Assembly (NCBI GenBank): GCA_044229145.1
Contig: JBGATO010000002.1
Span: 50,486 to 114,485 of the forward strand
DNA: 64,000 nucleotides
From: Candidatus Eiseniibacteriota bacterium
GTDB lineage: Bacteria > Eisenbacteria > RBG-16-71-46 > CAZEPH01
Direction of reading: 5' to 3'
The translations under genes and the position numbers were made by a program. The notes below the pieces were generated by a model that saw only the letters and a list, made by a program, of their open reading frames with translations, ran no database searches and was not told the origin of the DNA. Shown piece by piece: positions 61,253 to 64,000 of the stretch (the first letter of the stretch is position 1; each line of letters opens with the position of its first letter).

Positions 61253-62745
61253 TTCTTCACGATCTTGACCTGCATGCCGGTCGTCACGCGTTCGTCTTTC
61301 TGCAGGTTGTTGATCATCGCGATTTCGTCGGCGGGCGCGCCGAGATTGCTGAGTGTCGTGAGGAACGACGAGAACGGCGCGCCGGTCTTCGGGCGTGCCA
61401 GCGCGATCGTGCGCGGCGTCACCGTGCGCTTCGCGGCGTCGATGTCGCGGATACTGCGGGCCGTCTCGACGAACGTCGTGCCGAGCGATGACGGTACGCC
61501 GAGCAACTGCAGGGACGACGTGGCGCTGCGCTGCACTACCGCGCAGGCGAGCGCGGAGGTGGCGCCTTGCTGATCGACCGTGCGCACCTCGCCGACCCAC
61601 GCCGTCTTGCCGCCGATCGTCTCGTTCGCCCCGTCGACTCCGGCGATACCTTGCTGTGCGCGCAGCTGGCGCACGTAGCCGGCCGGATCGCCCGACTGCA
61701 CGAGCGTCAGCTGCATCCGCGCCGCGCTCGCCGCGCCCGAGGACGGCGCCACCGCGACCACCGCGCCGGTGCCATTCTGCACCGTCCACGACGCCGGCCA
61801 CTGCATCTGAAAACCGAGCGATGGGTGATAGAACGCACGGCCCTCGCTGTAGCCTTGCCGCGGATCGTCGCCATAGACGAGGCCGTCCACCGCCTTCTTG
61901 AGCCGGCCCTCACGCACCGTGAGCGTCTTCTGGTCCGCGGCGGCCAGCGCGGTCACCGCGTCGTCGGCGAGCGTCGTCGTGCGCTGGTAGCGATTGCCGG
62001 GATCGGGGTGCGTTTGCAGGATGGTCGGCAATTGGCCCGCGCCGGAGCGCGCGGCCACCGCGGCGAGCGTCTCGTACGTCGCCGGGATCTCGCGCGGGTC
62101 GTAGCCGGCGCGTGTCGCGTAGCGCACGCCGAGCATGTCGGCCTCGGTCTCGTGATCGCGGCTGAACTTGAGGAACAGCAATCCGAGTCCTTGCGAGGCG
62201 ACGCCGCTGTACTTCGCCACGCGCTCCGACAGGATGCTGCCGACGCCGAGACCGAGCTGCGCCATCTGCTGCTGCGTCATCTGCCGCGCCGAGTGCCGCG
62301 CGGTGACGTGCCCGATCTCGTGGCCGATCACGCCGGCGAGCTGCGCTTCGCTGTTCATCACCGACAGCAATCCCCGCGTGACGTAGATGTAGCCGCCCGG
62401 CAACGCGAACGCATTGACGATCGGCGAGTCGAGCACGCGGAAATGCCATGGCAGCGACGGCCGTTCGCTCCGCTTCGCCATCGCCTGGCCGATCGAGTCG
62501 ACGTAGGCGGTCAGCGCCGGGTCATCGTAGACGCCGTACTCGGCCTGCACCGACTTGTCGGCCTCCTCACCCATCGCGATCTCCTGCGACTCGGAGACGA
62601 GATTGAGTTCGCGCTTGCCGGTGACGGGATTGGTGGCGCAGCCGGCCAACGCGACGAGAAGCGCGAGCGCGAGGGTGCTCCGAAAGGCGCGGCGTGACGA
62701 TCGCGCGCGAAGACGGATGGGGCGTGGGAAGGCCGGGAATGCCAT
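61249..62745 (-). CDS. M48 family zinc metalloprotease lipoprotein (BepA/YfgC-like)
   Basis: Lipobox LAGC; NAFALPGG, GHEIGH, ETEAD, THP; LysM-like tail. Confidence 0.92.
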   Translation of the reverse strand: MAFPAFPRPIRLRARSSRRAFRSTLALALLVALAGCATNPVTGKRELNLVSESQEIAMGEEADKSVQAEYGVYDDPALTAYVDSIGQAMAKRSERPSLPWHFRVLDSPIVNAFALPGGYIYVTRGLLSVMNSEAQLAGVIGHEIGHVTARHSARQMTQQQMAQLGLGVGSILSERVAKYSGVASQGLGLLFLKFSRDHETEADMLGVRYATRAGYDPREIPATYETLAAVAARSGAGQLPTILQTHPDPGNRYQRTTTLADDAVTALAAADQKTLTVREGRLKKAVDGLVYGDDPRQGYSEGRAFYHPSLGFQMQWPASWTVQNGTGAVVAVAPSSGAASAARMQLTLVQSGDPAGYVRQLRAQQGIAGVDGANETIGGKTAWVGEVRTVDQQGATSALACAVVQRSATSSLQLLGVPSSLGTTFVETARSIRDIDAAKRTVTPRTIALARPKTGAPFSSFLTTLSNLGAPADEIAMINNLQKDERVTTGMQVKIVKK

Positions 62746-63070
62746 GGACGATTTTCTCCTCCTGATGATCCGCGCAAAGGGCAGGGGGCGGCCGGACGCT
62801 CGCAGTATAATCGGATCCGGTACGTGGCAGCATCGCGGGGATGGCGGGCGCGGCACCGTACCTTGCGCTTGCCCCCGGCCGCGCGTGCGGCACGAGGTGT
62901 TGGCGCAGAGAGCCTGCGTGGCGACGGGTCTGCTCTCTTCCCGGGATGGGCTGCCGCCCGTTGACAGATCGGCGCGGGATCAGCGCGATCACCGGGGCCA
63001 CCCCGCCCTCCTTGCACGGGGTGGCCGGCTCCCGTGTGGCGCGCAACACCCGTCGCCTTCGAGGTGTGCC

Positions 63071-63649
63071 ATGTCCGCTCGCGTGCAACGCATTGCGACT
63101 CTCACGTTGGCCTCACTGTTGGTCTTCCCGGTGCACGTCACGGCCGGGGACATGCTCGCCGCCGCGCCGCGGGACTCAGCCACCGTGCGGCTCGCGGATC
63201 TCGCCGGCCGCCGCGTGCGCGTGTCCGCGCCGTTCTTCACGCGACTCGACCAGGAGTGGCTCGTGGTCGCCGCGAGCCCCGATACCTTGAGACTCTCGCG
63301 GTCCACCGCCAAGCCGCCGATGGCCGTGCCCGCGTCCGCCATTTTGCAGATGCAGATCTCAGAGGGCACGCGCCGCAGCGCGTCGGCCGGGCTCGGCAGG
63401 GGAATGCTCATCGGAACGTTCGTCGGCCTGCTGGCAGGCGTGATCGCGTACGAGAGCGCCGACCATTCCTCGTCCTGCGGGAACGAGGAGTTCATCTGCT
63501 TCGATCTCGACTTCTCCGGCCTGCTGCCTCTCGGCGGGGCGGCCGCAGGGGCGCTTCTCGGCGGCGGCGTCGGATTCGCCCTGGGCCGGAACATCGAGCA
63601 TTGGCGCACGGTCACGCTCGAGCGCGAGCCTCGCCCCTCCGCACCGTGA
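63071..63649 (+). CDS. Hypothetical exported/membrane protein
   Basis: GAGG RBS; signal-like N-terminus and two Gly-rich hydrophobic helices. Confidence 0.65.
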   Translation: MSARVQRIATLTLASLLVFPVHVTAGDMLAAAPRDSATVRLADLAGRRVRVSAPFFTRLDQEWLVVAASPDTLRLSRSTAKPPMAVPASAILQMQISEGTRRSASAGLGRGMLIGTFVGLLAGVIAYESADHSSSCGNEEFICFDLDFSGLLPLGGAAAGALLGGGVGFALGRNIEHWRTVTLEREPRPSAP

Positions 63650-63781
63650 CGCCGTTGGCGCGGCGCGGCATGCGCGCGGCGGTTCTTTCGCCCCTGGACG
63701 GCGGACGTCCCCTGGCGATTGCACAGTTTCTCCGGCGCGCGGCGCGAGTTCCCCGAGTGGGGATGCGTGACCGTTCGGAAA

Positions 63782-63920
63782 TTCCCATTGTGAGAATGAT
63801 CGACTCGCGTGGGAACGTGAAGCCCGGCAGGGACTTCGGCGGCGTGAAGGGCATTCGCCACCGCGCCAACCGCCCAGACTATTCCCACAATGGGAAGGTT
63901 CAGCCTTCCCCATGTGAGAA
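63782..63920. promoter_or_regulatory. Three copies of a 15-bp palindrome, consensus TTCCCA-N3-TGRGAA (probable activator binding sites)
   Basis: TTCCCATTGTGAGAA (63782-63796), TTCCCACAATGGGAA (63882-63896), TTCCCCATGTGAGAA (63906-63920). Confidence 0.7.
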
Positions 63921-63927
63921 TGGCATA

Positions 63928-63987
63928 CATCAAAATGTTGGCAATTGGTCACTTGCGGCACAGCGAACATATGGCATGCTCCCTGCT
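63928..63987 (+). promoter_or_regulatory. IHF-like site plus sigma-54 -24/-12 promoter for a gene beyond the window
   Basis: cATCAAAATGTTG (63928-63940) vs WATCAANNNNTTR; TGGCATGCTCCCTGCT (63972-63987) has GG-N10-GC spacing. Confidence 0.65.
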
Positions 63988-64000
63988 ATCAAACCGGACA

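Noticed and set aside
62996..63026. 10-bp hairpin upstream of the 63071 gene, near a TTGACA, as a riboswitch or ncRNA
   Set aside because: No recognisable aptamer motif and no convincing -10 element; insufficient evidence
63749..63920. Repeated TTCCCA...GAA units as a CRISPR array or iterons
   Set aside because: Only 15 bp, irregular spacing, palindromic, and no cas or rep gene; they fit transcription-factor sites better
1..64000. Many long overlapping or antisense ORFs in the six-frame track (e.g. 2413-3585 -, 22162-23637 -, 36769-38529 +, 55708-57867 -)
   Set aside because: Arg/Ala/Pro-rich shadow frames typical of ~70% GC DNA; each overlaps a gene with clear family motifs

Overview
High-GC (about 70% by eye) bacterial chromosomal segment with about 54 protein-coding genes. 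I saw no rRNA, tRNA, CRISPR array, integrase or transposase. Four secreted proteins end in a shared FlgD-Ig/T9SS-type C-terminal sorting-like domain, which suggests an FCB-related candidate lineage such as Eisenbacteria/Krumholzibacteria (inference only). Housekeeping genes include sbcDC (sbcC has several frameshifts), acs, a mycobacterial Sdh1-type succinate dehydrogenase operon, mscL, recQ, sppA, a MazEF-type TA pair, an ABC-2 exporter and a LytS-TPR-TonB receptor-LytTR unit. Three observations stand out. (1) A split, non-canonical tryptophan/aminoaromatic catabolic gene set: TDO; SDR + luciferase-like monooxygenase + variant class-3 asparaginase + aminomuconate-semialdehyde-type dehydrogenase; and AmnB-like + AmnA-RidA fusion. 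No KynB, KMO, KynU or HAAO is recognisable in the window. (2) An unannotated 54-aa membrane microprotein with an in-frame UGA, a SECIS-like hairpin and read-through coupling to a DUF302 gene, making it a candidate selenoprotein. (3) A complete sigma-54 promoter architecture at the right edge: three palindromic activator sites, an IHF-like site and a -24/-12 element.
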